Shown here piece after piece: positions 17,413 to 26,584 of a DNA stretch of 39,831 nt. A program made the translations under genes and the position numbers. The number at the start of each line of letters is the position of its first letter. Position 1 is the first letter of the stretch. The notes below the pieces were generated by a model, which had not been told where the DNA came from, did no database searches, and saw nothing but the letters and a program-made list of their open reading frames with translations. The DNA is from Candidatus Dormiibacterota bacterium (GTDB taxonomy: Bacteria > Chloroflexota > Limnocylindria > QHBO01). Location of the stretch: the NCBI GenBank assembly GCA_035632895.1, contig DASQFY010000136.1, forward strand, positions 1 through 39,831. The letters are read 5' to 3'.

Positions 17413-20400
17413 GTGTCCCATCCGGTTCGCGACCGCGGGAGCGACCAGGACCCGCTGATCAGCGTGGCGCAGGCCGCCGCGCTGCTCGGGGTGCACCCCA
17501 ATACCATCCGTGCCTGGACCGATGGCGGCCGGCTGAACGCCTACCGCATCAACGCCCGCGGCGACCGTCGCTTCCGACGCAGCGACGTCGAGCGGCTCCT
17601 GGCCGAGGGCGCCGACGCCGCCGAGACCACGGTGGCCGACCCAGACCCGGCGGGGCGTGAGGCGGAGCTGGCCGTGCTCGCCCGGCTCGCACAGGGCAGC
17701 GGCGCGTCAGCCACGCCGGCCGCCGTGTGTCGCACCGCGATGGAGGCCCTCCGCTCCAACCTCGGCGTCGACCGCGTGGCGGTCTACCTGGTCCACGAGG
17801 GTTCCGAGGCGGCGGCGCAGCTCGAGACGCATGCCGGCTATCGCGTCGCGCCGCCTCCCATCCTGGAGGGGAGCGCCAACGACGAGATCGAGCCGGGGCA
17901 CGCGGGACCGCCCGAGACGTCGCTGCCGTACGGGATTCGGCTGCCGCTCCGCGCCGGGGGCGAGCTGCTTGGGGCGGTCGTGCTCGAGGACACGCCCGGC
18001 GGCACGCTGGCCGGCGTGCGTTCCTCCTTCCTGCGGATCGTCGCGAGCTCCGTCGCCGCGGACATCCTCAACGCGCGCAGCCTGGCCCGAGCCCGACGCG
18101 AGGTGACCCGAGCGCGTGCGCTCCGACACGTGACCCAGGAGCTCACCGGCAAGCTCGACCTGAATATGGTCCTGGACGACATCGTCGAGCGCACTCGATC
18201 ACTCTTCGACGCCGAGAAGGCTGGCCTGTGGCTGCTTGACGATTCGGACCATCCGTTCCGCAGCGCGGCGGCGCGCGGGCTCGGGGACGAGTTCCAGGCA
18301 CGGGTCCGCGAGCTGACCCTCTCCAGCCAGGCGCTCGGCGTCCGCGCGGTCCAGGAGCGACGTACCTTCGTCGTGCGCGACGCGGACTCGCGCCCCGGGA
18401 TCGGGCCCATGCAGGACTCGTATCGGCACGAGGGGATCAAGACGGCCTGTCTGGTGCCGCTGGTCAGCAACGACCGCGCGGTCGGGGTCATCGGCCTCTA
18501 TCACGCCCGTGACCACGAATGGCCCGACGATGAGCTGGCCCTGGTGCAGTCCTTCGCCAACCAGGCAGCGGTCGCGATCAGCAACGCGAGCCTCTACCGG
18601 GAGGTCGCCGATCATGCGGCCCGGATGCGGTCGATCCAGGATCTTTCGGCACGCCTCAACCGCCTGACCGATGTCCAGGCCATCGCCGACGCGATCGTGG
18701 CGGAGGCCAGCAGCCTCGCCGCGTACCACGACATTCGGATCTACACCGTGAACTGGGAGACCCGCAACTGCGAGCCGATCGCGTTCACCGATCGATTTCT
18801 GGGCGTGGGCGACTTCGCCGAGGCGCTCCGCGTCGAGGTGGGAGAGGGCTCCTTCACGGGCTGGGTCGCCGAGCATGGCGAGCCGCTGCTGATCAACGAC
18901 GCCCTGAACGACCCGCGGGGCCACACGATCGAGGGTACCGACGACATCGAGGAGTCGATGCTGGTGGTGCCGATGGTGTTCGAGGGCCGATCGGTCGGGG
19001 TCATCGCCCTCTCGAAGCTTGGCAACAACCAGTTCACCAACGACGACCTGCAGACGATGACGATCTTCGCCGGGTACGCGGCCCAGGCGATCGCGAACGC
19101 CACCACCTACGAGCGCCTCGAGCTCCAGTCAACGGAGCTTGCGCGGCAGCTACAGTCGCAGCGGCGCCTGCTCGAGATCAATGAGCGGCTGCAGTCGACC
19201 CTCGGTCGCGGAGATGTGCTCGAGACGATCGCCGACGGCCTGCGCTCGGTGGTGCACTACGACAACCTGTCGATCTACCGCGCCGATCACACCGAGCAGG
19301 TGCTCATCCCGGTCCTGGCCCGCGAGGGGTACGCCGACGAGGTGATGCGCCATCGACCCCCATTCGGGCATGGGCTGATGGGCTGGGTCGTGGAGCACGG
19401 TGAGCCGGTCCTGGTCAATGAGGCACTCACTGACCCCCGCGCCATCCAGATCCCAGGTACGCCCACCGAGCCCGAGGCGATCGTCATCGTCCCGCTGATC
19501 AGCGAGGGCGTGGTCACCGGCGCCATGAACGTCGGGCGCCTCGGCGGAGCGGACGTTCATTTCAGCGAGACCGATTTCGAGCTGGTGAAGCTGTTTGCCG
19601 GGCAGGCATCGATTGCGTTGCGTAATGCCGAGGAGCACCAGGCCGTCACCACACGCGCCGACACGGACGCGCTGACCGGCCTTGGCAATCACGGCGCCTT
19701 CCAGCGCACCCTGGCCGATGTCCTTGGCCAGCCTGACGTCGACGGGCCTGTCAAGCCGCGCGGCAAGCGATCGAAGCCCGCGCCGGTGGCGCTGCTGATG
19801 ATGGACCTCGACCGCTTCAAGACCTACAACGACCGCCTGGGTCATCCGGCGGGTGATGCCCTGCTGCATGCGGTGGGGACCGCCATCTACGGCGCTGCGC
19901 GCTCGGAGGATCGGGTGTATCGCTATGGTGGCGACGAGTTCGCGCTGATCCTGCACGGGGTGGACGCTGCCGGCGCCGCATCGGTCGGCGAGCGAGTGCG
20001 ACAGGCGGTGGCTCGCCTCACCGCCAAGGACCGCGCTCCGGTCACGATCACCGTCGGCGTGGCGGCCTTCCCCGCGGACGCCAGCGACAAGAACGGCCTG
20101 ATCGCCGCGGCCGACACGGCGCTCTACTTCGGCAAGCAGTCCGGGGAAGATCGAGTCGTGCGCGCCGACGAGGTACCGCGCGATATCCACGAACTGCGCA
20201 GCACGCTGGACGGCCTCGCGCGCGCTGCGCTGCGCCATCCGGAGGAGCAGAGCGCGGTCGACTCCCTGATCGAAGAGGCAGCCGGGCGCCTCTCGGGTGT
20301 CCCCGAAACGGCGGAGACGGCACGAGATGCGCTGCTGGCCGTCGCACGGTCGCTCGATTCTCGGGACGCAAAGACGCTTGGCCACGGGGATCGGATCGGC

Positions 20401-20823
20401 CTCCTGGCGCGCCGCGTGGCGGAGCAGCTTGGCTGCAGCGCTGACGAGGCGAGCAGCGTCGAGCTGGCGGCGCGCCTGCACGGGCTGGATGTGCTCGGCG
20501 CCGAGGAGCTGGAGCCGATCGCCTCCCTGAGCGAGGTGGGCCGGATCATCCGCTGGCGACACCTGGACGGCCCATTCGACGAGGCGCCGGTGGGCGCGCA
20601 GGTCGTTGCGGTCGCGAACGCCTACGACACGCTGGTCATTGGCGAGATTGGCCAGCGCGGGGGCCGTCGCACCGCGCTGGACAGGCTGCGCGCAGAGGTC
20701 GGCACCCGCTACCGCGAGGATGTGGTCGAGGCGCTGGCATCGGTCGTCTCCGTCACCCCGCGGGTTGGCCGGCGGCGTCGGCGCGAGGACGCGCGGTCGC
20801 CCGAGGTCCTGGGCGCGGCCTAA
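17413..20823 (+). CDS. Excisionase/MerR-type HTH - 4x GAF - GGDEF diguanylate cyclase - degenerate HD-GYP-like domain protein
   Basis: ORF 17134.. trimmed to GTG 17413, which has GAGG about 8 nt upstream and no longer overlaps the preceding gene. HTH: ISVAQAAALLGVHPNTIRAWTDGGRLNAYRINARGDRRF. Four GAF-like blocks. GGDEF: LTGLGNHGAF...MDLDRFKTYND...RSEDRVYRYGGDEF. C-terminus: GHGDRIG...LHGLD...RWRHLDGPFDE. Confidence 0.8.
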   Translation: MSHPVRDRGSDQDPLISVAQAAALLGVHPNTIRAWTDGGRLNAYRINARGDRRFRRSDVERLLAEGADAAETTVADPDPAGREAELAVLARLAQGSGASATPAAVCRTAMEALRSNLGVDRVAVYLVHEGSEAAAQLETHAGYRVAPPPILEGSANDEIEPGHAGPPETSLPYGIRLPLRAGGELLGAVVLEDTPGGTLAGVRSSFLRIVASSVAADILNARSLARARREVTRARALRHVTQELTGKLDLNMVLDDIVERTRSLFDAEKAGLWLLDDSDHPFRSAAARGLGDEFQARVRELTLSSQALGVRAVQERRTFVVRDADSRPGIGPMQDSYRHEGIKTACLVPLVSNDRAVGVIGLYHARDHEWPDDELALVQSFANQAAVAISNASLYREVADHAARMRSIQDLSARLNRLTDVQAIADAIVAEASSLAAYHDIRIYTVNWETRNCEPIAFTDRFLGVGDFAEALRVEVGEGSFTGWVAEHGEPLLINDALNDPRGHTIEGTDDIEESMLVVPMVFEGRSVGVIALSKLGNNQFTNDDLQTMTIFAGYAAQAIANATTYERLELQSTELARQLQSQRRLLEINERLQSTLGRGDVLETIADGLRSVVHYDNLSIYRADHTEQVLIPVLAREGYADEVMRHRPPFGHGLMGWVVEHGEPVLVNEALTDPRAIQIPGTPTEPEAIVIVPLISEGVVTGAMNVGRLGGADVHFSETDFELVKLFAGQASIALRNAEEHQAVTTRADTDALTGLGNHGAFQRTLADVLGQPDVDGPVKPRGKRSKPAPVALLMMDLDRFKTYNDRLGHPAGDALLHAVGTAIYGAARSEDRVYRYGGDEFALILHGVDAAGAASVGERVRQAVARLTAKDRAPVTITVGVAAFPADASDKNGLIAAADTALYFGKQSGEDRVVRADEVPRDIHELRSTLDGLARAALRHPEEQSAVDSLIEEAAGRLSGVPETAETARDALLAVARSLDSRDAKTLGHGDRIGLLARRVAEQLGCSADEASSVELAARLHGLDVLGAEELEPIASLSEVGRIIRWRHLDGPFDEAPVGAQVVAVANAYDTLVIGEIGQRGGRRTALDRLRAEVGTRYREDVVEALASVVSVTPRVGRRRRREDARSPEVLGAA

Positions 20824-20869
20824 GCTCCGGCCGACCAACTCGATACGGGGTGCTATCATCCCGGCTCCC

Positions 20870-21607
20870 ATGTCGTCATCCCACCCGGCCGCCGCACGTC
20901 CGCGCGCCGTACTCGCCTTGGGGACGGCGATCGGATTCGCGCTGGCGGCCTGCGCACCGGCCACCCCGACTCCGAGCACCACCCCGGCATCCGCCCAGAC
21001 CAGCCCGACGTTGGCGGCCACCGCCTCACCCAGCCCCACGCCCGCGCCGACGCCGGTCTACACCAATCCCGCGGACCCGGAGCTGGCGGCACTCATCCCC
21101 GACGAGGTCGGCGCCCAAGCGGTCACGAAGCCGGCAGCCGGCGCGTTCGGCGTCACGCCCGGAGACGTCGGCGAGGTCTACGGCGAGATCGGCCTTCGCT
21201 TCGTCGCGCTACAGCTCGCCTACGTGGAGCGGCCGCGCCTCTCCCTGTACGCGATGCGAATGCGCGCCCCCTTCGCCACCACGGCTGAGCTGGAGCCGTT
21301 CCTCGCCACGGCCGGCCAGTACGTCGGAATCGCCGGCCTCCATCGCGATCCCTGGCAGCTGGTCGAGGTCGAGAATCGCCTGGCCTGGGTGCGGCCCGAG
21401 GACGACGCCACGATCGCTGGCACGATGGTCTACACGTGGGCGGCGGATGGGTACGTCTTCCTGCTGATCGGGGTCGACGACGTGCTCAACCGCGCCCTCT
21501 TGGCGGCGCTGCCGGGCGAGCCGGCCCCCACTCCGTCGCCGCGTCCGAGCCGCTCGCCCGCCGAGTCCGGCAGCGCCGCGCCGAGCGCGTCGGCCGGCCA
21601 AAGCTGA
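20870..21607 (+). CDS. Hypothetical lipoprotein with a Pro/Thr/Ser-rich linker
   Basis: ORF trimmed to ATG 20870. MSSSHPAAARPRAVLALGTAIGFALAAC gives a signal peptide and lipobox. Confidence 0.65.
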   Translation: MSSSHPAAARPRAVLALGTAIGFALAACAPATPTPSTTPASAQTSPTLAATASPSPTPAPTPVYTNPADPELAALIPDEVGAQAVTKPAAGAFGVTPGDVGEVYGEIGLRFVALQLAYVERPRLSLYAMRMRAPFATTAELEPFLATAGQYVGIAGLHRDPWQLVEVENRLAWVRPEDDATIAGTMVYTWAADGYVFLLIGVDDVLNRALLAALPGEPAPTPSPRPSRSPAESGSAAPSASAGQS

Positions 21608-21637
21608 CGCCTGGCGGCGCCGGGTACCATCGGCCCC

Positions 21638-22720
21638 ATGCTCGCCCGGATCGCCTACGCCCTGTCGATCGGGGGCAGCGCGTTCGCCGTGCTGCTTCGT
21701 CTGCTGAACGCGGATGCAACCCTCACCTTCGCAGTCAGCGCGCTGGCCATCCTTGGCCTCGCCTACACGCTCGGTCACGCCACCGAGGAGCTGGGCGCCG
21801 CCGCGGGACCGCGCATCGGCGGGATCCTGAATGCGACCGTCGGCAACATCGGCGAGATCATCATCGCCGGCTTCCTGATCGCCTCGAATGAGCTCGACGT
21901 GGTGAAGGCCTCGATCACCGGCTCGATCGTCGGCAACCTCCTGCTCGTGCTCGGCGCGTCGCTGCTGGTGGGCGGACTCAAGAACGGGGTCCAGCGCTTC
22001 GACCCGCAGGCGACCGGCATGAACGCCGCGAGCCTGATCCTGGCCACCATCGGCCTGATCGTGCCCGCCACCTTCGCCGCGCTCATCGGCGCCGGCGCTG
22101 AGACCGGCGCAGGCTCGTCCCGCTTCTTCAGCATCGAGGCGCTGTCGATCGGCGTCGCCGTGGTGCTGCTGCTGACCTACGCGGCCCAGACCTGGTTCTA
22201 CTTCTCGACGCCGGAGGCGACCGCGCCCGGCGAGCGGGACCCGACGGAGCGGGCGACCTGGTCGGTGCGCCAATCGTTGGGCGTGCTGCTCGGGACCGCG
22301 GCGGCGTTGACCGTCGTGTCGGAGGTCCTCGTGCACTCGCTCGACCCGATGGTGAACTCACTCGGCATCAGCAAGTTCTTCGTGGGCATCATCCTGATTC
22401 CGCTCATCGGCAACCTGGCGGAGCACGTGGTCGGCATCACCCTGGCCTACAAGAACAAGATGGACTTCAGCTTGACCACCTCGCTTGGGTCCGCGACCCA
22501 GATCGCGCTCTTCGCCGCGCCCGTGCTCGTATTCTTCGGCCTGCTGGTCGGCAACGAGCTGACGCTGGTCTTCACGCCGCTCGAGGTGGTGGCGGTCGCC
22601 ACCGGCACGCTGATCGCGGCCTACATTGCCCTCGACGGCCGCTCGAACTGGGTGGAGGGCCTCCAGCTGATCAGCGTCTACACCATCCTGGCGATCGCCT
22701 TCTTCTTCGTGGCGCCATGA
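21638..22720 (+). CDS. cax: Ca2+/H+ antiporter (CaCA/CAX family)
   Basis: About 11 TM helices and two alpha-repeat motifs, GNIGEIIIA and GNLAEHVVG. Confidence 0.85.
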   Translation: MLARIAYALSIGGSAFAVLLRLLNADATLTFAVSALAILGLAYTLGHATEELGAAAGPRIGGILNATVGNIGEIIIAGFLIASNELDVVKASITGSIVGNLLLVLGASLLVGGLKNGVQRFDPQATGMNAASLILATIGLIVPATFAALIGAGAETGAGSSRFFSIEALSIGVAVVLLLTYAAQTWFYFSTPEATAPGERDPTERATWSVRQSLGVLLGTAAALTVVSEVLVHSLDPMVNSLGISKFFVGIILIPLIGNLAEHVVGITLAYKNKMDFSLTTSLGSATQIALFAAPVLVFFGLLVGNELTLVFTPLEVVAVATGTLIAAYIALDGRSNWVEGLQLISVYTILAIAFFFVAP

Positions 22721-23745
22721 GCGAAGCGTGGAGCGGCTCGGACGAGGACGGCCGCGATGACCGATGGGCGCGCAAGCGCGACCGGCTCGCTCGACTGCTC
22801 AGTGTCGCTTCGATCCTCTACACCCGTGGCAGCGGAGATGCCGGCGTGCCGGTGACGGAGATCGCGGAGCTGACCGGCATGACAACGCGGACGGTGTACC
22901 GCGACATTCGCGCGCTGGAAGAGGAGCTCGAGATGCCGATCTTCCAGGCCGGTCGCGGGCGTTACGGGATCGAGAAGAAGTCGTTCCTGCCGCCGCTCCC
23001 CCTCTCGTTGGCCGAGGCGGTCGTCCTCTTCCTGGCGACCCGCCTGATCGCCCGCTGGTCGGACGAATATGACCAGACGGTGGTGAGCGCCTTCACCAAG
23101 CTGGCCGACGTGCTGCCCCAGCCGATCGCGCGACACGTTGCCGCCACCATGCTGCGAGTGGGCCGTGCCGACCGCAACGAGCCGTTCACGCGCAATTTTG
23201 CGACGGTTGCACAGGCGTGGGCCGACGGCAGGGTGGTGGAGTTCGACTACGAGCCGGCCGGCGGAGAGGCGCGCCGCGCCCGCGTGCGCCCCTACTTCCT
23301 GGAGCCGGATGCCGCGAGCCACAACGTGTATCTCATCGGCTTCGACGAGACGGTCGATGCCATGCGCACGTACAAGGTGGAACGCATCCGCTCCTCCACG
23401 CTCACGCTGGACAAGTACGAGATCCCGCCGGATTTCGACCCCGACACGTGGCTCGCCCACTCCTGGGGCATCTGGTCCTCCGACACCACCGAGATTGCCG
23501 AAGTCCGGCTTCGATTCGACGCATCAGTCGCCAATCGGGTGCGCGAGTCGGTTTGGCATCGGTCGCAGCGTCTGACCGAGCTCGATGACGGCGGCGTCGA
23601 GATGGTGCTGACCGTGGCTGGCATCCTGGAGATCCGGCCGTGGATCCTCTCGTGGGGCGACGGGGTCGAGGTGCTCGAGCCGCCCGCCCTGCGCGACTCG
23701 GTCGCGACAGCGGTGCGCGCCGCGGCGGCGCGTTACCCGACCTGA
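22717..23745 (+). CDS. WYL-domain transcriptional regulator (HTH-WYL-WCX, YafY/PafBC-like)
   Basis: HTH: VPVTEIAELTGMTTRTVYRDIRALEE. WYL core: RVRPYFLEPDAASHNVYLIGFDETVDAMRTYKVERI. The ATG overlaps the cax stop as ATGA. Confidence 0.85.
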   Translation: MSEAWSGSDEDGRDDRWARKRDRLARLLSVASILYTRGSGDAGVPVTEIAELTGMTTRTVYRDIRALEEELEMPIFQAGRGRYGIEKKSFLPPLPLSLAEAVVLFLATRLIARWSDEYDQTVVSAFTKLADVLPQPIARHVAATMLRVGRADRNEPFTRNFATVAQAWADGRVVEFDYEPAGGEARRARVRPYFLEPDAASHNVYLIGFDETVDAMRTYKVERIRSSTLTLDKYEIPPDFDPDTWLAHSWGIWSSDTTEIAEVRLRFDASVANRVRESVWHRSQRLTELDDGGVEMVLTVAGILEIRPWILSWGDGVEVLEPPALRDSVATAVRAAAARYPT

Positions 23746-24392
23746 TGGAAGCATCGCTCGAGTCGGAGCTGAAGTACCGCGCCGCGGCCGAGGCGCCGCT
23801 CGATGCGCTGGCGCATCAGACGTGGCTCGGCCCGGCCACGCTCGGCCCGGTCCGCGCGGTCGACGAAGAGGACCGCTATCTCGACACCGTGGACCGCCGC
23901 CTCAGCGTCGCGGGTTGGGCCTGCCGCCTGCGGACGCGCGGCGACCGCACGATCATCTCGCTCAAGGGACCGGGCCAGCATGCCGCGGGCGCGGCGATCC
24001 ATCGCCGCCTGGAGCTCGAGGGACCGGCCGCGCACGACCTCGACCCATTGAGCTGGCCGCCGTCACCGGCGCGCGAGCGGCTGTTGGAGCTGAGCGGCAG
24101 CACACCACTCTTCGAACGCCTGACCCTCGCCCAGCACCGCACAGAGCGCGAGGTCCAGCTCGACGGCCAACGCGTCGGCCTCCTCTCGCTCGACAGGGCG
24201 CGGGTTCTCCACCAGGGCCGCGAGCTCGGCGTGCTGCTCGTCGTCGAGCTGGAGCTGGACCCCGCGGCCCTGGCCACCGGCCTCGACCCGGGGGCGTTGG
24301 AACGCGCGCTCGGGGACGTCGACGGGCTCCTGCCCGACCCGGCGAGCAAGCTGGAGCGTGCCCTCGCGCTCATCGGCGAGGCGCCTGCGTGA
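23745..24392 (+). CDS. CYTH (triphosphate tunnel metalloenzyme) domain protein
   Basis: ORF trimmed to ATG 23745, which overlaps the WYL gene's TGA by 1 nt. ExExK signature ESELKY at 23760-23777 (ExExK core 23760-23774), then CRLRTRG, ISLKG, RRLELE, LSLDR and VVELEL tunnel residues. Confidence 0.8.
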   Translation: MEASLESELKYRAAAEAPLDALAHQTWLGPATLGPVRAVDEEDRYLDTVDRRLSVAGWACRLRTRGDRTIISLKGPGQHAAGAAIHRRLELEGPAAHDLDPLSWPPSPARERLLELSGSTPLFERLTLAQHRTEREVQLDGQRVGLLSLDRARVLHQGRELGVLLVVELELDPAALATGLDPGALERALGDVDGLLPDPASKLERALALIGEAPA

Positions 24393-26578
24393 CGCCCCGC
24401 CTCCTTGGCGAGCTCGCAGCCGTCGGGATGGGCCTGGCGGCCTTCGGATACGTGGGCTGGGACGGCGCGCTGTGGGATGGGCGCTACCAGTTCGCGCTCC
24501 ATCTCGGCGCCGTCGCCGCGCTAGGTGGGCTGCTGGCGATCGGCCTGGCCGGCGGTGCGCTGCCGCGCACCCGCATCGACCTGCCGATCCTGGCCCTTCT
24601 CGCCGCATTCGGCGTGGCCACGCTGTCGGCGGCGAATTCAGGGCTCTCGGCGCGCGCGCTGGCCGGCATCGTGGCGACCGCCGCGATGCTTCCGGTGGCG
24701 CTGGTGGCCCTCCGCCATCGGCCGGGCTGGACCGCCGCCGTCGTCACACTTCCCATCCTGGGGCTCTCGGTCGGCGCGCTGGCGGGGCTCGCCTGGCGAC
24801 GCGTTGAGTGGGTGCTCGCCGGTGGGCCGGGCCTGCCACCGGTGCGGTTTCCCAACGAGGGGACGCCGTTTGGCTCGGTGGCGGTTCCGCCGTTCGTGAT
24901 CCTGGCGGCCCTGCCGATCGCGCTGCTCATCCCGCAACGGACCCTGCGGCTGCTGGTGCTGCTCGCGCTGGCGGTGGTGGGCGTGCCGTTGACCCTCCTC
25001 TCCGGCTCGCGGTCGGCCTGGCTGGCGATCGTCGTCGCTGGCCTGGTCCTGGTCGGCCCGGCAATCCGGCGTGGCGCCGCCTCGGCCAGGGGCTCGTGGA
25101 CCTGGACCCCGCGTCGTATCGGGCTGGTGCTGGTCGCGCTGCTCGGGATGGGCGTCGCGTTGGCGTTCGTGGCTCCGCGGCTGACCGACGCGACCTCGTT
25201 CATCTACCGCAGCTACCTGTGGCGAGACACGATCGCCGCATGGAGCGTCGACCCGCTGCTGGGCATCGGTCCCGGATCCATGCCGTACGCCCGGCAGGCC
25301 GCGGCCCCCCCGCTCAGCTTCCCGGTCCAACAGCCGCATTCGCACGACGTGCCGCTCGGGATCCTGGGCGATGCCGGCCTGGTCGGCCTCGCGGCGGCCC
25401 TGGCGCTGGTCGCCATCTTCGTGATGGTCGCCGGCCCGTGGCGCGCGCGGCGCCTGCCGGGTCGCGCGGCCTTCGCCGTCCTCGCCGGGTGCGCCGTCGG
25501 GATGCTCTTCGAGGACCTCACCTTCGTGCCTGGCTTCAACCTGCTCCTGATCCTGCTGGCCGCCATAGCGCTCGCCGACGCCGACGCGGTGGCGTGGCGA
25601 CCGATCCGGATGCGACCGCCGGCGATCGCAGTGGCGGGCCTGGGTGCGCTCGGGCTGGTCGCGGTGATGGTGGTCGGCGATGCGGCCGCGGTCGCCTATC
25701 GGCATGGGACCGACGCCGCGGGCGAGGGGCGCTGGCTAGCGGCCGAGGCGTCGCTGCTGCAGGCAGTGGCGCTCGATCCATGGCAGCCGACCGGGCTGAA
25801 GTCGCTGGCCGTGGCGGCCGACGGCGCCGGCCACCCGACCATCGCCCGAGCAGCGGCCGAGCGAGCGGTTGATCTCAGCCCGGGCGACGGCGACTCGTGG
25901 ACGAACCTGGCCCTCCTCTGCGCCGCCGACGGCGACGCGGAATGTGCCCGTCTGGCGGCTGACCGCGCGGTGGAGACGGCTACGGCAGGGGGACGGCAGC
26001 TGGCCAATGCGGCGCTTGTCCTCGATGCTCAGGGCGACACGCGCGCAGCGGATGACGCCTATCGCCTCTCGCTGCTGACGAACCCGTTGACCGGGCTGGT
26101 GCTGCCCTGGCCGCGCCCGATCGAGGTGGGAGCGGGCGGCGTGCTTGAGCTCGGCGCTGAGGCCGTCGACCTGAACCTGCTCCTGGCCCGGCGGGTGACC
26201 GGAGAGCGGATCGATCCCGCCGACTACCGCCCCGGGCTGGTGCGGGCTCTGGCGTCCGCCATGGTCGGCGACCGGGCAGCGGCCGAGGCCGAGGCGCAGC
26301 GCACGATCGCGGCAGCGCCGGGCTCCCTCGCCGCGTGGGACCTGGCCGCGCTGCTGGCGCGGCATTACGGCGAGGACCCGAGCGAGGCGATCAGGATCGG
26401 CGACGTGCTGCGCGGCCGGCCGCAGGCCGTTGGCCCGCCCGTTCTGACCACGCTGACGTTCGACATCGCGACGTTCCGTGCCTACCCCGCCGACGGGCTG
26501 GTCGGCGCCGCGCAGCGGCTCCTGGGCGAGCGGTTGTGGCCGTGGGTGCTCGAACCACTGCTGGCCCCCGTGGAATAG
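24389..26578 (+). CDS. O-antigen-ligase-like (Wzy_C) polytopic membrane protein with a C-terminal TPR region
   Basis: ORF trimmed to GTG 24389, a GTGA overlap with the CYTH stop. Many TM helices. SGSRSAWLAIVVAG and QQPHSHDVPLGILGDAGLVGL resemble Wzy_C/WaaL loop motifs. The C-terminal roughly 270 aa are Ala-rich TPR-like repeats. Confidence 0.75.
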   Translation: MTPRLLGELAAVGMGLAAFGYVGWDGALWDGRYQFALHLGAVAALGGLLAIGLAGGALPRTRIDLPILALLAAFGVATLSAANSGLSARALAGIVATAAMLPVALVALRHRPGWTAAVVTLPILGLSVGALAGLAWRRVEWVLAGGPGLPPVRFPNEGTPFGSVAVPPFVILAALPIALLIPQRTLRLLVLLALAVVGVPLTLLSGSRSAWLAIVVAGLVLVGPAIRRGAASARGSWTWTPRRIGLVLVALLGMGVALAFVAPRLTDATSFIYRSYLWRDTIAAWSVDPLLGIGPGSMPYARQAAAPPLSFPVQQPHSHDVPLGILGDAGLVGLAAALALVAIFVMVAGPWRARRLPGRAAFAVLAGCAVGMLFEDLTFVPGFNLLLILLAAIALADADAVAWRPIRMRPPAIAVAGLGALGLVAVMVVGDAAAVAYRHGTDAAGEGRWLAAEASLLQAVALDPWQPTGLKSLAVAADGAGHPTIARAAAERAVDLSPGDGDSWTNLALLCAADGDAECARLAADRAVETATAGGRQLANAALVLDAQGDTRAADDAYRLSLLTNPLTGLVLPWPRPIEVGAGGVLELGAEAVDLNLLLARRVTGERIDPADYRPGLVRALASAMVGDRAAAEAEAQRTIAAAPGSLAAWDLAALLARHYGEDPSEAIRIGDVLRGRPQAVGPPVLTTLTFDIATFRAYPADGLVGAAQRLLGERLWPWVLEPLLAPVE

Positions 26579-26584
26579 GACGCG

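Noticed and set aside
19150-21039. 629-aa minus-strand ORF.
   Set aside because: It is antisense to the GAF/GGDEF gene and the following lipoprotein gene, with shadow-ORF composition and no motifs. For the same reason I rejected 21209..22336(-), 24638..25705(-), 28925..29980(-), 33826..34911(-), 36612..37739(-), 10381..11475(+), 11482..12456(+) and 13063..14148(+).
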